Positions 10,466 to 20,700 of a stretch of DNA of 64,000 bases are shown in pieces. The translations under genes were made by a program, and so were the position numbers. The stretch lies in IMG/VR virus record IMGVR_UViG_3300033463_000070, positions 1 through 64,000 of that record; one strand, 5' to 3'. How positions within the stretch are numbered: position 1 is the stretch's first letter; each line of letters starts with the position of its first letter. The notes beneath the pieces were generated by a model. That model saw only the letters and a program-made list of their open reading frames with translations. It was not told the DNA's origin and ran no database searches. This DNA is from a virus. Lineage: Duplodnaviria; Caudoviricetes.

Positions 10466-11878
10466 ATGGCTCCAACATTATTAGGGAATATTAAAACATT
10501 TATTAATCAATGCTTGCCAGATTATATAATTAATTCATGGTCAAATACAGCGCAAACAGGGAAAGCTCCATCTGAAAATTTAGTGAAAACAGCATTAAAT
10601 AATAAATCAGATGTAGGACATACACATAATTATGCATCCATTAGTGATATAGATGTAGAAATAGAAGCCTATCTTGATGCCATTATAGACGCTCTCGAAG
10701 AAGCCGAAATAATTGGTGGAATTGGAGGAAATAGTATCAATATATCAACACAATGGAGCACTCCTTTAAGTGATAGCAAAGTTCCTTCAGAAAAATTAGT
10801 AAAAGAATTATTAGATACCAAAGCAAATAGCTCATCAATACCAACAAAAACTTCAGATTTAACAAATGACAGTGGATTTTTAACAAGCCATCAAGATATA
10901 AGTGGCAAAGCAGATAAAACAGGATACAATGCAAATAAAAATTTAGTAACAAATAATGATGGTACAATAACTACCGAAAATAAACCAACTATTCCGACAA
11001 AAACCTCAGATTTAACAAACGATAGCGGATTTTTGACAAGTCATCAAGATATAAGTGGCAAATTAAATATTTCTCAAACAAGTTACAAAGGAAAAAATGT
11101 TGTAGTTGATAGTAGTAGTGGAAATATTACTTTTGAAAATAAACCAACTATTCCGACAAAAACTTCAGATTTAACAAATGACAGTGGATATGTAACTTCA
11201 AGTGGTAGTACTGTATCATATTCGCAAACTCAATCATCAGGAACCAATACATATACTATTGGTAAGATTACAATTAATGGAACAGAAACAACATTATATG
11301 GAAAAGATACAAATACTACTTACACAATTCCAAGTGCGTCAACATCAACACCAGCAAAAGATACAGCAAGTGGAACATATGGTAGTGGAACCGCTTATGC
11401 AAGAGCTAATCATGCGCATCCAAAAAGTAGTATATATGCCGAAGCAGAACATAAACATGATACAGGAGATATTAATGGATTGATAAACCTAATTTATCCA
11501 GTTGGTTCTATATACATGAGTGTAATTAGTACTAGTCCAGCTACATTGTTTGGTGGTACTTGGGTACAATTAAAAGATAGATTTTTATTAGGCGCAGGAG
11601 ATACATATAGTAATGGTGGAACTGGTGGGGCAGCAACACATACCTTAACAACAAATGAGATGCCATCACATACACATAATGCTTGGACAAAAGCTTTAGA
11701 TGGCTGGGCTATATGGGGTCAAAAAAATGGAAACATGTTTACTTCATCATCATACACTTGGGAAGGAAGTAATGTTAATGTATCTGATATAAATTCACTT
11801 ACAAATACTGGTAGTGGAGCTGCTCACAATAACATGCCTCCTTATTTAGTTGTTTATATGTGGAAACGAACAGAGTGA
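10466..11878 (+). CDS. Tail fibre with repeats and C-terminal baseplate/collar (gp10-C-like) domain
   Basis: SD GGAGG; three IPTKTSDLTNDSG repeats; C-terminal YPVGSIYMS...LFGGTW...RFLLGAG...GGAATHTLTTNEMPSHTH...HNNMPPYLVVYMWKRT. Confidence 0.8.
   Translation: MAPTLLGNIKTFINQCLPDYIINSWSNTAQTGKAPSENLVKTALNNKSDVGHTHNYASISDIDVEIEAYLDAIIDALEEAEIIGGIGGNSINISTQWSTPLSDSKVPSEKLVKELLDTKANSSSIPTKTSDLTNDSGFLTSHQDISGKADKTGYNANKNLVTNNDGTITTENKPTIPTKTSDLTNDSGFLTSHQDISGKLNISQTSYKGKNVVVDSSSGNITFENKPTIPTKTSDLTNDSGYVTSSGSTVSYSQTQSSGTNTYTIGKITINGTETTLYGKDTNTTYTIPSASTSTPAKDTASGTYGSGTAYARANHAHPKSSIYAEAEHKHDTGDINGLINLIYPVGSIYMSVISTSPATLFGGTWVQLKDRFLLGAGDTYSNGGTGGAATHTLTTNEMPSHTHNAWTKALDGWAIWGQKNGNMFTSSSYTWEGSNVNVSDINSLTNTGSGAAHNNMPPYLVVYMWKRTE
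10838..11190 (+). repeat. Three coding repeats IPTKTSDLTNDSG(FLTSHQDISGK)
   Basis: Copies start at 10838, 10991 and 11150. The first two are ~72-bp near-identical copies with synonymous differences; the third is partial. Confidence 0.9.
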
Positions 11879-11882
11879 TTAA

Positions 11883-13151
11883 ATGACAAAATATACAGAT
11901 AAAGCAACAGAATTTGTACAAACTTTAATAGGAGCTCATGATAGCGAAGAAAGTGATATAACTATTTCAACATCATGGGGAAGTCCTTTAAGTGATGAAA
12001 AAGTTGTATCCGAAAAATTAATAAAAGACACAATTGATACAAAAGCAAACAGTAGTGGATATACTGCGAGTCAAAATTTGGTAACAAATAGCAGTGGGGA
12101 TATCGCTACAGAAAGTAAGCCAATAATACCTCAACCTTCAACCACAGCAACAGATATCAAAATGAATGGAACTCAAAGCGCTGGAGGTTTAAATACTACT
12201 ACATATGCTAAAGCAGACCATGTACATCCAAGTGATACAAATAAACAAGATTTACTTGTTAGTGGAACTAATATTCAAACAATTAACGGACAATCAATAT
12301 TAAGAAGTGGAGATTTATCAATAGGAACAGAGGTTGGAACATTTAGTGATTTAAATGAATTAATAAATCTTTCAACATTAAACAGATATACACTTGTTTT
12401 AGATAAAGATTATAAATATGACTCAACTACTGATTCATCTTTAAGTAGTGGAATTGAAATAACACAAGATATTATTATCATTGGAAATGGACACATAATT
12501 GATGGAAATAACTATGCAAGAGCATTTATAGATACAATTGGTTATACTTGGGAATTAAATGATTTAAAAATACAAAATTGTACAAGTAATAATGATAATA
12601 AATATGGTTATAATGTTGGTGGAGCAATCTATGCAGACCAATATACCCATGTTAACATAAACAACACAACATTCACACAAAACAACGCAGAGGATGGTGG
12701 AGCAATCTTCGCAGATAACTCACAGATAAACATAAACAATACAAACATAAACAACAACAACGCAAACAATGGTCAAGGTGGAGCAATCTGCACATGGAAC
12801 TCACAGATAAACATAAACAATACAAACATAACCCACAACAACGCAACAAATAATGGTGGAGCAATCTTCGCATACGATAACTCACAGATAAACATAACAC
12901 AATCAATAATAAAAAATAATACTGCAACAAATTATGCAAATATTTATTGTAATTCTGCTACAACAGTATATAATTGTGATATTGATAATATTGTTACTAC
13001 TTGTTATAATGTAACAAATTATAATTATATTAATGAAACTAATATTGCTAATAATTTAACAACAACCACAAGTGGAAAAGTATTAGATGCACGACAAGGT
13101 AAAGCATTGGCAGATTTAATAGGTGATGCGATAACATATATAAATCAATGA
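11883..13151 (+). CDS. Fibre/adhesin hybrid: fibre modules plus methanogen adhesin-like beta-helix (GGAI/FxxN) repeats
   Basis: Shares WGSPLSDEKVVSEKLIK and YAKADHVHP modules with the previous ORF; GTFSDLNELIN...LVLDKDY adhesin start motif; four GGAI repeats. Confidence 0.75.
   Translation: MTKYTDKATEFVQTLIGAHDSEESDITISTSWGSPLSDEKVVSEKLIKDTIDTKANSSGYTASQNLVTNSSGDIATESKPIIPQPSTTATDIKMNGTQSAGGLNTTTYAKADHVHPSDTNKQDLLVSGTNIQTINGQSILRSGDLSIGTEVGTFSDLNELINLSTLNRYTLVLDKDYKYDSTTDSSLSSGIEITQDIIIIGNGHIIDGNNYARAFIDTIGYTWELNDLKIQNCTSNNDNKYGYNVGGAIYADQYTHVNINNTTFTQNNAEDGGAIFADNSQININNTNINNNNANNGQGGAICTWNSQININNTNITHNNATNNGGAIFAYDNSQINITQSIIKNNTATNYANIYCNSATTVYNCDIDNIVTTCYNVTNYNYINETNIANNLTTTTSGKVLDARQGKALADLIGDAITYINQ
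12696..12900 (+). repeat. Three ~78-81 bp tandem GGAI-repeat units, AAC/ACA-rich
   Basis: ggtggagcaatc starts at 12696, 12777 and 12855; aactcacagataaacataa recurs in each unit. Confidence 0.9.
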
Positions 13152-13161
13152 GGTAAAATAA

Positions 13162-14349
13162 ATGACAGATGGAACATTCGCAGAATTACAAACATTAATT
13201 AATAATGCAAGTAATGGAGATACTATTACACTTGATAAAAATTATAAAAATAGTGGTTCAGAAACATATATAACAATTAATAAAGATATAACTATTGATG
13301 GAGATGGTTACACCATAGATGCCGATTTAAAGAGTAGAATTTTTTATATAAATGGTGCATATACATTTACAATCCAAAATCTTACATTAACTCAAGGAAA
13401 TTCAGGTTCAAATGATGGTGGTGCTATTTATGTAAATAATTCAAATGCAAATTTAAATATTGATGATTGTATTTTCACAAACAATACTGCTACAAATAAT
13501 GGAGGAGCAATATATATCGGAAATGGTACTGCTACAATAAATGCAGATTTTACTACAAATACAATATCTTCAAGTGGTGATGGTCATAAAGGTGGAGCAA
13601 TTTACATTAATGCGGGTAATGTGACAATTAATGGAAATTTCACAAATAATTCAGGTGCTCGTGCGGGAGCAATCTATACTAATGGTACTACTCAAATATT
13701 AGGTATATTTGAAAATAATAGTGCTACTTATAGAGCGGGTGGAGCAATTTTCGTTGATATAAATAGTAACACAACAATATCTGGAGAGTTTACTAATAAT
13801 TCAACAACAAATAGTAGTGCTCAAGGTGGAGCAATTTATAATTATGGAGGACATCTTACAATATTAGAGAATACTATTTTTATTAATAATGTAGCAGGAC
13901 AACATGGTGGAGCAATCTCTGCAAATACAAATGGAAGTACTGCACCTACGACAACAATATTTGCAAGTACATTTACTACAAATGAAGCGAACAATAATGG
14001 TGGAGCAATTTATAATACTGGAACTTTACAAGTAAGAAATAATATTTTTGATGGAAATGAAGCACAAAATGGTGGAGCAATTTATAATTCAAATCAAAAA
14101 GCAATTATTGGAAATTGTATTTTTACAAATAATACTGCTACAAATCAAGGAGCAATATATAATGGAAAATGTTATCTATGTGTTTTTTCAACACTTTCAG
14201 ATACTTCAAATGCAAGTGTTATTACATTAAATAGTTCACTAGAAACATTGGCACAATTAATAACAACAAATCTTACAATTATGGGAGTAAATGCTTCAGC
14301 AAGCGATGGTTTAGATACATTAGCAGATAAAATACTTAACATATCATGA
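13162..14349 (+). CDS. Adhesin-like protein with polymorphic-membrane-protein (GGAI/FxxN) beta-helix repeats
   Basis: Starts MTDGTFAELQTLINNASNGDTITLDKNY; about ten (G)GAI motifs, each preceded by F(T)xN. Confidence 0.85.
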   Translation: MTDGTFAELQTLINNASNGDTITLDKNYKNSGSETYITINKDITIDGDGYTIDADLKSRIFYINGAYTFTIQNLTLTQGNSGSNDGGAIYVNNSNANLNIDDCIFTNNTATNNGGAIYIGNGTATINADFTTNTISSSGDGHKGGAIYINAGNVTINGNFTNNSGARAGAIYTNGTTQILGIFENNSATYRAGGAIFVDINSNTTISGEFTNNSTTNSSAQGGAIYNYGGHLTILENTIFINNVAGQHGGAISANTNGSTAPTTTIFASTFTTNEANNNGGAIYNTGTLQVRNNIFDGNEAQNGGAIYNSNQKAIIGNCIFTNNTATNQGAIYNGKCYLCVFSTLSDTSNASVITLNSSLETLAQLITTNLTIMGVNASASDGLDTLADKILNIS

Positions 14350-14353
14350 TATT

Positions 14354-15247
14354 ATGACTGATTTATTAAATACTGATTTGCAAACTTTAGGAACAAAAAT
14401 AGCCACAAATCTTACTGCACAAGGAGTATCATCTTCTGCATCCGAAGGACTTACAACGTTAGCAAATAAGATATTAAATGTTGATATAAGTGGCACAATT
14501 ACATTAACAACAAATAAATCAATTTTAAATAATTATGGAAGTGAAAATGCTACTTTAACTGCTACATATTCAAAAGGCGCAGGATATGCACTTGAAATTT
14601 ATAATGCAGATACAAATACAAAACTTGGAAATATGACTGATAATCAAAATGGAACATATTCATATACATATAATTCAACCGGTAATGGAGATATAAATTT
14701 AAAAGCAATAAGAGCAAATGATGAATCAAATAACATTAGTATAGAAGATTGTATGTATTTCAACAGTGGAAACAATACAACTGATTTAACTATTGCCAGT
14801 GGAATTACTGTTACCACTTCAAATGATGGTTTGAAAGTTACTACATCTAAATCTAGTGAACTTTTAGTAAAATTTCCAATTACTTTACAACAAAGTGATA
14901 ATTATATTCTTGAAATGGAAATTGGACACTCAGGGACAATTCAACATTTAGGGGGATTTGTTAATACTTCTGCCACAAGAACGGGATTTTGGTGTGCATT
15001 TGGTACAGATAATACTTACTCAGGTGGAATTAGAAATTCTACCTTTAATGGTAATGCAACTTTTAATGTGGGTGATAAAATGATTTTTAAACATTTAAAT
15101 GGGGTATATAGTGTATATCATAATAATACACAATTATATTCCAAAACAACAACATTCACTTCAAGTTCTTACAAATTTGGTGTTTATACAAACGCAAATA
15201 GAGTGCAATATTTAAAAAATATTAAAGCAAAAAAAATTTCTAGCTAA
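14354..15247 (+). CDS. Fibre/adhesin protein with N-terminal NLT..GV..SAS.GL.TLA.KILN motif, Ig-like and lectin-like domains
   Basis: The N-terminal motif duplicates the C-terminus of the previous ORF; ITLTTNKSILNNYGSENATLTATY; C-terminal ends YLKNIKAKK like the other beta-sandwich modules. Confidence 0.6.
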   Translation: MTDLLNTDLQTLGTKIATNLTAQGVSSSASEGLTTLANKILNVDISGTITLTTNKSILNNYGSENATLTATYSKGAGYALEIYNADTNTKLGNMTDNQNGTYSYTYNSTGNGDINLKAIRANDESNNISIEDCMYFNSGNNTTDLTIASGITVTTSNDGLKVTTSKSSELLVKFPITLQQSDNYILEMEIGHSGTIQHLGGFVNTSATRTGFWCAFGTDNTYSGGIRNSTFNGNATFNVGDKMIFKHLNGVYSVYHNNTQLYSKTTTFTSSSYKFGVYTNANRVQYLKNIKAKKISS

Positions 15248-15256
15248 TAATATTTC

Positions 15257-15343
15257 TTAATTATTTATATAATAAACAATCGATGCAAAACCCAAAACAA
15301 TTATCACCACAATAACTCCAAGCCAAATCATATCATAACTCAT
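15257..15343 (-). CDS. 28-aa single-pass membrane micro-protein MSYDMIWLGVIVVIIVLGFASIVYYINN (absent from the ORF track)
   Basis: Hand-translated: ATG at 15343, TAA at 15259-15257, upstream AAGGAAG SD-like motif; fills the only sizeable gap in the late block. Confidence 0.6.
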   Translation of the reverse strand: MSYDMIWLGVIVVIIVLGFASIVYYINN

Positions 15344-15422
15344 TTTTTTCTTCCTTTCTTATTTTATTATATATTATATACATTAGAATATAAAAGTTTT
15401 TCTATTATAGTGAGGTTGAAAG

Positions 15423-16589
15423 ATGGCAGTTACTACAACATTATCACGATTAAAGAATTATTTTATAGGGTGGCATACAGCTAATTATCGGACCCTGCAT
15501 GAATTTACGGACCAAATAACGGAAGACGAGCCTGATGGAAGCAAGCTCGTAGAGAGTAAAACTATTTTTCAATATATAAATGATATAATTACACCAATAA
15601 AAGACAAAGTAAACGATTTAGATGATAACATAGGAAATCGTTGTATTCCACGACATGGAGAAACATTATGGGAAAATATTTGTAATTTATGGAGCACTAT
15701 AGGAGAATGGGCAAGTCCTGATGACCCTAAGTGGGAATCATTTTGGAATCTTGAACGTACTGATAACTCTGATTGGAATCCTATATGGGAAAATGGAGTT
15801 TTAACGGACGATTGGCCAAAAGGATGGACAGTAAAAGGATGGATACGAAAAATATGGTATGAAATATTAAAAGTACAATCACCAAGAATATCAAATTTAG
15901 AAACCAGAGCATCAAATTTAGAAAATAATTTAGGACATAATAATCAAACCTATATTGTACGGTCATATGGAGATACAGCTAGTGCATCACATTGTATAAT
16001 ATTTTATAGACATGGATGGTTTGTATTTGTTAGGGGTTATATAAGCCCTGATGTTAGAACCAATGCAGATGCTATAAATGCACATGACCAATATTTTATA
16101 CAAGGGAACAGTTCATATTGGGACCCAATAATACCGGCCAGCAGTGTGTATTTAAATTTTAATACTACTTATGGTAGTGCAACATCTGCATATGTTGATT
16201 GGGGAGGAGGACAAGGACAAGACCATCATCATACAGTTAAGATAGACAAAAATACAACAAAAAATACAAGTTCAGTTAGTTCTTATCATAAACATATGGG
16301 TGTTAATAGCATAGAACTAAATGTAGGTACAAAAATGGGTACAGGTAGTAAATTTGCTTTAGTGGCAACCATACATGGTTCTAATGGAGAAGAAATATAC
16401 TTCTCTGGAATGTACCTCGCAAAAAATCGTTACACAAATTATGGTAATCATTGCTATGATAGAGAACGATATAGTTGGAATGATGCAACTTGGTACAAAA
16501 GAAAAAGTTTTAATTCAGATTGGCCCGGAATGGTAGATACAAGAAAACCATTCCCAGCGCACGATTATGATACATGGGAAAGATTATAA
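15423..16589 (+). CDS. Putative virion/fibre protein, Trp- and His-rich
   Basis: SD GAGGTTG; short coiled coil RISNLETRASNLENNLG before a beta-rich C-terminal head; context. Confidence 0.45.
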   Translation: MAVTTTLSRLKNYFIGWHTANYRTLHEFTDQITEDEPDGSKLVESKTIFQYINDIITPIKDKVNDLDDNIGNRCIPRHGETLWENICNLWSTIGEWASPDDPKWESFWNLERTDNSDWNPIWENGVLTDDWPKGWTVKGWIRKIWYEILKVQSPRISNLETRASNLENNLGHNNQTYIVRSYGDTASASHCIIFYRHGWFVFVRGYISPDVRTNADAINAHDQYFIQGNSSYWDPIIPASSVYLNFNTTYGSATSAYVDWGGGQGQDHHHTVKIDKNTTKNTSSVSSYHKHMGVNSIELNVGTKMGTGSKFALVATIHGSNGEEIYFSGMYLAKNRYTNYGNHCYDRERYSWNDATWYKRKSFNSDWPGMVDTRKPFPAHDYDTWERL

Positions 16590-16600
16590 GGTGAGCTAAT

Positions 16601-17797
16601 ATGACAAGACCAATAACAGAAAAAGTTTTAAATTTAAAAGAAGAAATACAAAAATTCATCGAACCTATACATACTTACGTTAATGAAAATACATACTCTA
16701 AAACAGAAGCTGATAATAAATTTGCTCCCAAAAACCATGCTAGCTCAACAACAGACTACGGAACAGCAACCAACCAAGAGTACGGTCATGTCAAAACAAT
16801 AAACAACCTCACACTCGAAACCGACACAAACCCAATATCAAGTTCCGTCCCAACAATAAAAGCCCTACATGATTACTTGCTTGCTCACAAACAAGATTTA
16901 GAAAATGCCATCAAAACCTACTACGGAACACTTAACTCTGACGGAATAATTAACCAATTAATATCAAAATACGACTTCATATCACAACTCAAAAGATACA
17001 GCATAGCAGAAACATACCAAGTACCAAATAACTACGATATCAATGATGTACAAAAAGTAGATAATACAATAATAAATGATAACAATAGTTATAAAGCTGC
17101 CAAGCTACAAGATATAGAAGGAACAGGAACTTATATCACACCGGGACATTATTATATTACTCCAACATCAGGATATTTAACCAACTCACAGTATCAAGCT
17201 TTTCTTGAAGATAATTTAAATGAAGATGATAAAGCACGTTTATTAGAATATTTAAAAGAATTTGGAATTAATTATGGTAGCATTAAAAAACCTTATGCAA
17301 ATGGGTTACTCGATGTTAGAAAAGCAGGTAATGCTATCATCCAAGAATTATATACAACCATAAAAGATGCCGATGAAAAATACGTACTATCAGGAGAAAA
17401 ATATACCAGAAAAGGAATCAAAAATGGAAATACAATAACATGGAAAGAATGGGAAGCATCACATATTCCTTATGGCGACTCCGCAATAACAATAGACTTA
17501 GAAACCGGCATAAATAATATGGTTCTCAAAGAAAATACAGCAGGATATTTAATTGAATGGAATCAAGGACAAGGTGGATTCACATTAACACAAGATGCTG
17601 GAGAACTTCATAACATTGGAGCATTTAGCAATGAACTTAATATTGGAGATAATGTTTATACATTTTCTAATCATTTGGCAGGATTCGAAATCAGAATAGA
17701 AAAGAATGGAATATATCTCGTATCTAACAAACAACTAGGAGCATCAATAGATGCTAAATATTTAAAACAAACTTATTTTGTACCTCGGATAAGATAA
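16601..17797 (+). CDS. Tail-fibre protein
   Basis: SD AGGTGAG; TYSKTEADNKFAPKNHAS...YGTATNQEYGHVK fibre motif; YITPGHYY...LLDVRK...IIQELY...YTRKG...WKEW resembles a pyocin-knob-type repeat. Confidence 0.65.
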   Translation: MTRPITEKVLNLKEEIQKFIEPIHTYVNENTYSKTEADNKFAPKNHASSTTDYGTATNQEYGHVKTINNLTLETDTNPISSSVPTIKALHDYLLAHKQDLENAIKTYYGTLNSDGIINQLISKYDFISQLKRYSIAETYQVPNNYDINDVQKVDNTIINDNNSYKAAKLQDIEGTGTYITPGHYYITPTSGYLTNSQYQAFLEDNLNEDDKARLLEYLKEFGINYGSIKKPYANGLLDVRKAGNAIIQELYTTIKDADEKYVLSGEKYTRKGIKNGNTITWKEWEASHIPYGDSAITIDLETGINNMVLKENTAGYLIEWNQGQGGFTLTQDAGELHNIGAFSNELNIGDNVYTFSNHLAGFEIRIEKNGIYLVSNKQLGASIDAKYLKQTYFVPRIR

Positions 17798-17798
17798 A

Positions 17799-20700
17799 AT
17801 GGTAAAAGTAGATGCTAAACTATCATATCAAGAAAATTGTGACTATTTACCTTCATCAGTATATGGTGAAATAGAAATAGAACCAAAAGAAATTGATATA
17901 GAAACTAAATTAACAATAATTGATTATAACCTTAGAGACACAGAAATAGGTGATAGAGGTAGAGTTAATTTCTCAAAATATATAAATGGAGAATATGATA
18001 GCTACAATAACATGCAAGAGTCAATTAATTTTAGACCATTTTATAATGACATATTATTATTTGAAACATTTACTTATTTCACTTATGAAAATACACAATA
18101 TCCAGTTAAATATAAAGACCTTGATATTTATTTTTTCGAAGAAAATGAAGATAGAACTCAATTAGACCCTAACGACTCAGACCATGCCATAGCGGTTAAT
18201 TTCGAAATAGATGAAAATGGAAAAACTGGAATACGATATCTACCTCATAACAGTGGATATTTTGTTGTTCATTATCATGCCACAACTTATTTTAAAGAAA
18301 AAATTGTAGAACACAAAGTTAATCTTGAACAAATACCAGTAAAAGTTTATATTAAACCAGTTGAAGCACGTGCAAATCAAAGTACAAAAGATTTATTACC
18401 TTTATTTATATCAATGGAACAAGCTGCCGATTTAGCTGCATCAGTGAGAGATATATATGGACAACGACCAAAAGATGGTGTAATTACTTTCTTAAGTTAT
18501 TACGTTCATGATATAAATAACCCAAGAGACGGAGAAGAACGTGTCATTGGAAATCCAATAATGCTCGAAAATGGTGAAACACTTTTATATGAACCAAAAG
18601 GAATATTACTCAACGATAATAAAGAAAGCGAGCAAGAACATCAGTATGAAATTCCACCAATGGGAAATGTGACAGAAGGACCAGACCCAACACAAGATGA
18701 CTGGCAACACCTAGTATACGAAGACCATTCTTATAGTGGCTTTATTTCTTACTCACCTATACAATATCTTTATAATGATGTCGAATGGGACGGATATCAT
18801 GGAGAACAAGGATACAATACAGACGAACAAAAATATCAAAGTGGAACTGAAATTATTTGTGCTGTTTATAATTATGAAAATAAAAGATATGGAGATTCTT
18901 GGAAATATTATACACAATCAAAAGCTTGGGGACATATTAGTGCTTTAATTCCGGGACAGCTAAATATCGCAATTAGAAAAGGAAACGAATCAATAAATGA
19001 TTTACCTCAAATCAGAGAAGATGGATTATATCCATACAGTAGTAATGATACAATGGTGGTTTATATCGTTCCTACTGATAAAAATGGGAATGTGATTGAT
19101 TTATCAATCGACAATAAATACGAATTTTATAATATCACACTTAAAATTATTGGAACACAAACAACAACACATAGCGATACATTTGAATATGATAAATATA
19201 CCTATATTACAATCAAAAATCCTCGAGATAATGAATTAACATATCAAAATGGAATGTTCAAATTTACAATACCTATGAACAAAATTAATGCTTACAATGA
19301 AAATGGAGAATACATCAATGGAAGAAAATTCATTGAAGGAATATATACTATTGAAGCAGCAATGGATATCATAAATGATAATGAAACAGAATCTACCGAA
19401 TATGGATATGATAATGATGATAACAATGATAGATTTAATTTATACAACATGTATCATGGCGTAAACCCACAAAAAAAAGATGATAGATATTATGACCACA
19501 TGGAAAGTGTTCAAGCTTATTTTGATTTGATAATTGAAGAGCCTTTTGATTATAATACTAATATTAACGAAAATGGAGAAGACCCAGAAACTAATGAATT
19601 TAATTATCACGTAGATTGTTATTATAAAGAAGATGACTATGGAGATTTAGTCATCAAAGTATGGGCAAAAAATAATATGGATATCAATTTATTTGCTGGT
19701 AAAAAAATGTATCTTAATATTGATAATGATATTACTTTACAATCAAATATGCAAATTGTTGATAATAAAATTGAAGCTCATTATAAAATGCAAAGTCAGA
19801 GTAGTGATAATAATATTATATCATTACAGAATTTAAGAACCGGAAATCATACTTTTACTGCAACTATTAAAGCAAGTGAAGTCAGTGAATTAGATGATGA
19901 CTTTGTTACAGGAACTGAATCATTTATAATATGTATGGAAGAAATTCCACATATAACTAAAATTGATTATCTTCAAAAAAATTACAAAGGTCATGTTAGA
20001 ATTTATATTACTGTAGATAATGTTTATACTAATACCAATGTTATTACAGAAATTAGAAAAGCAAGCAATAATGCATTAATTAAAACGTTTACAAACACAG
20101 TAAATAAAAACGATTATACTTTCGATTTAGAATTAACAGAATTAAATGCAGGAGATTATACAGTTAAAACTACTTGCGTTAAATCACAAAGATTTGATGA
20201 AGGAGTATTCGATATTGATAAAGCAAATCTATGGGAAATTATAAACACAAGTTCATGCATAACAGGTGGAAATCAAACAATTACTATTGGACTTGGATGC
20301 GATGGAGACATAGATAGTATACAAGAACTTTTATGTCATATAGGTAAAAAAATAACATATAATGTACCATTACGAAGTTTAAATGATGTTATTAAAATAC
20401 AAGCGAGAGATTTTAATTTAGTTCAAGTACAAAATAATGAATTATCATTGGATGCGTATCATCAACAAGATATTCGTTTCTGGGATGGATGTGCAGCAAT
20501 TGCACATGGATGGCAACATGGAACTGAATGGGAAGCATCATTTTATGTATACTCCGGAAACAGAGCAATTGGCTCATCAGGAGCTGTATTTATATCAGAT
20601 GTAATTCCGAACTATGTATACCCAGCATTTGCAAGTAGCGGTGGAGAAAAAAATCCTTATCAAAATCCTGATTGGGTCGCAGCTAATTGCATAGAAATAA

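Noticed and set aside
10460-10470. BSH stop TAG directly followed by the in-frame ATG of a fibre gene (amber read-through fusion)
   Set aside because: The fibre gene has its own GGAGG SD, the same stop-ATG adjacency occurs at 61653/61654 and 62973/62974, and no pyrrolysine machinery is expected in this host group or seen in the window.
12640-12900. AAC-rich repeats as a DGR template/variable repeat pair
   Set aside because: Differences between units are not adenine-specific and include indels, and there is no reverse transcriptase in the window.
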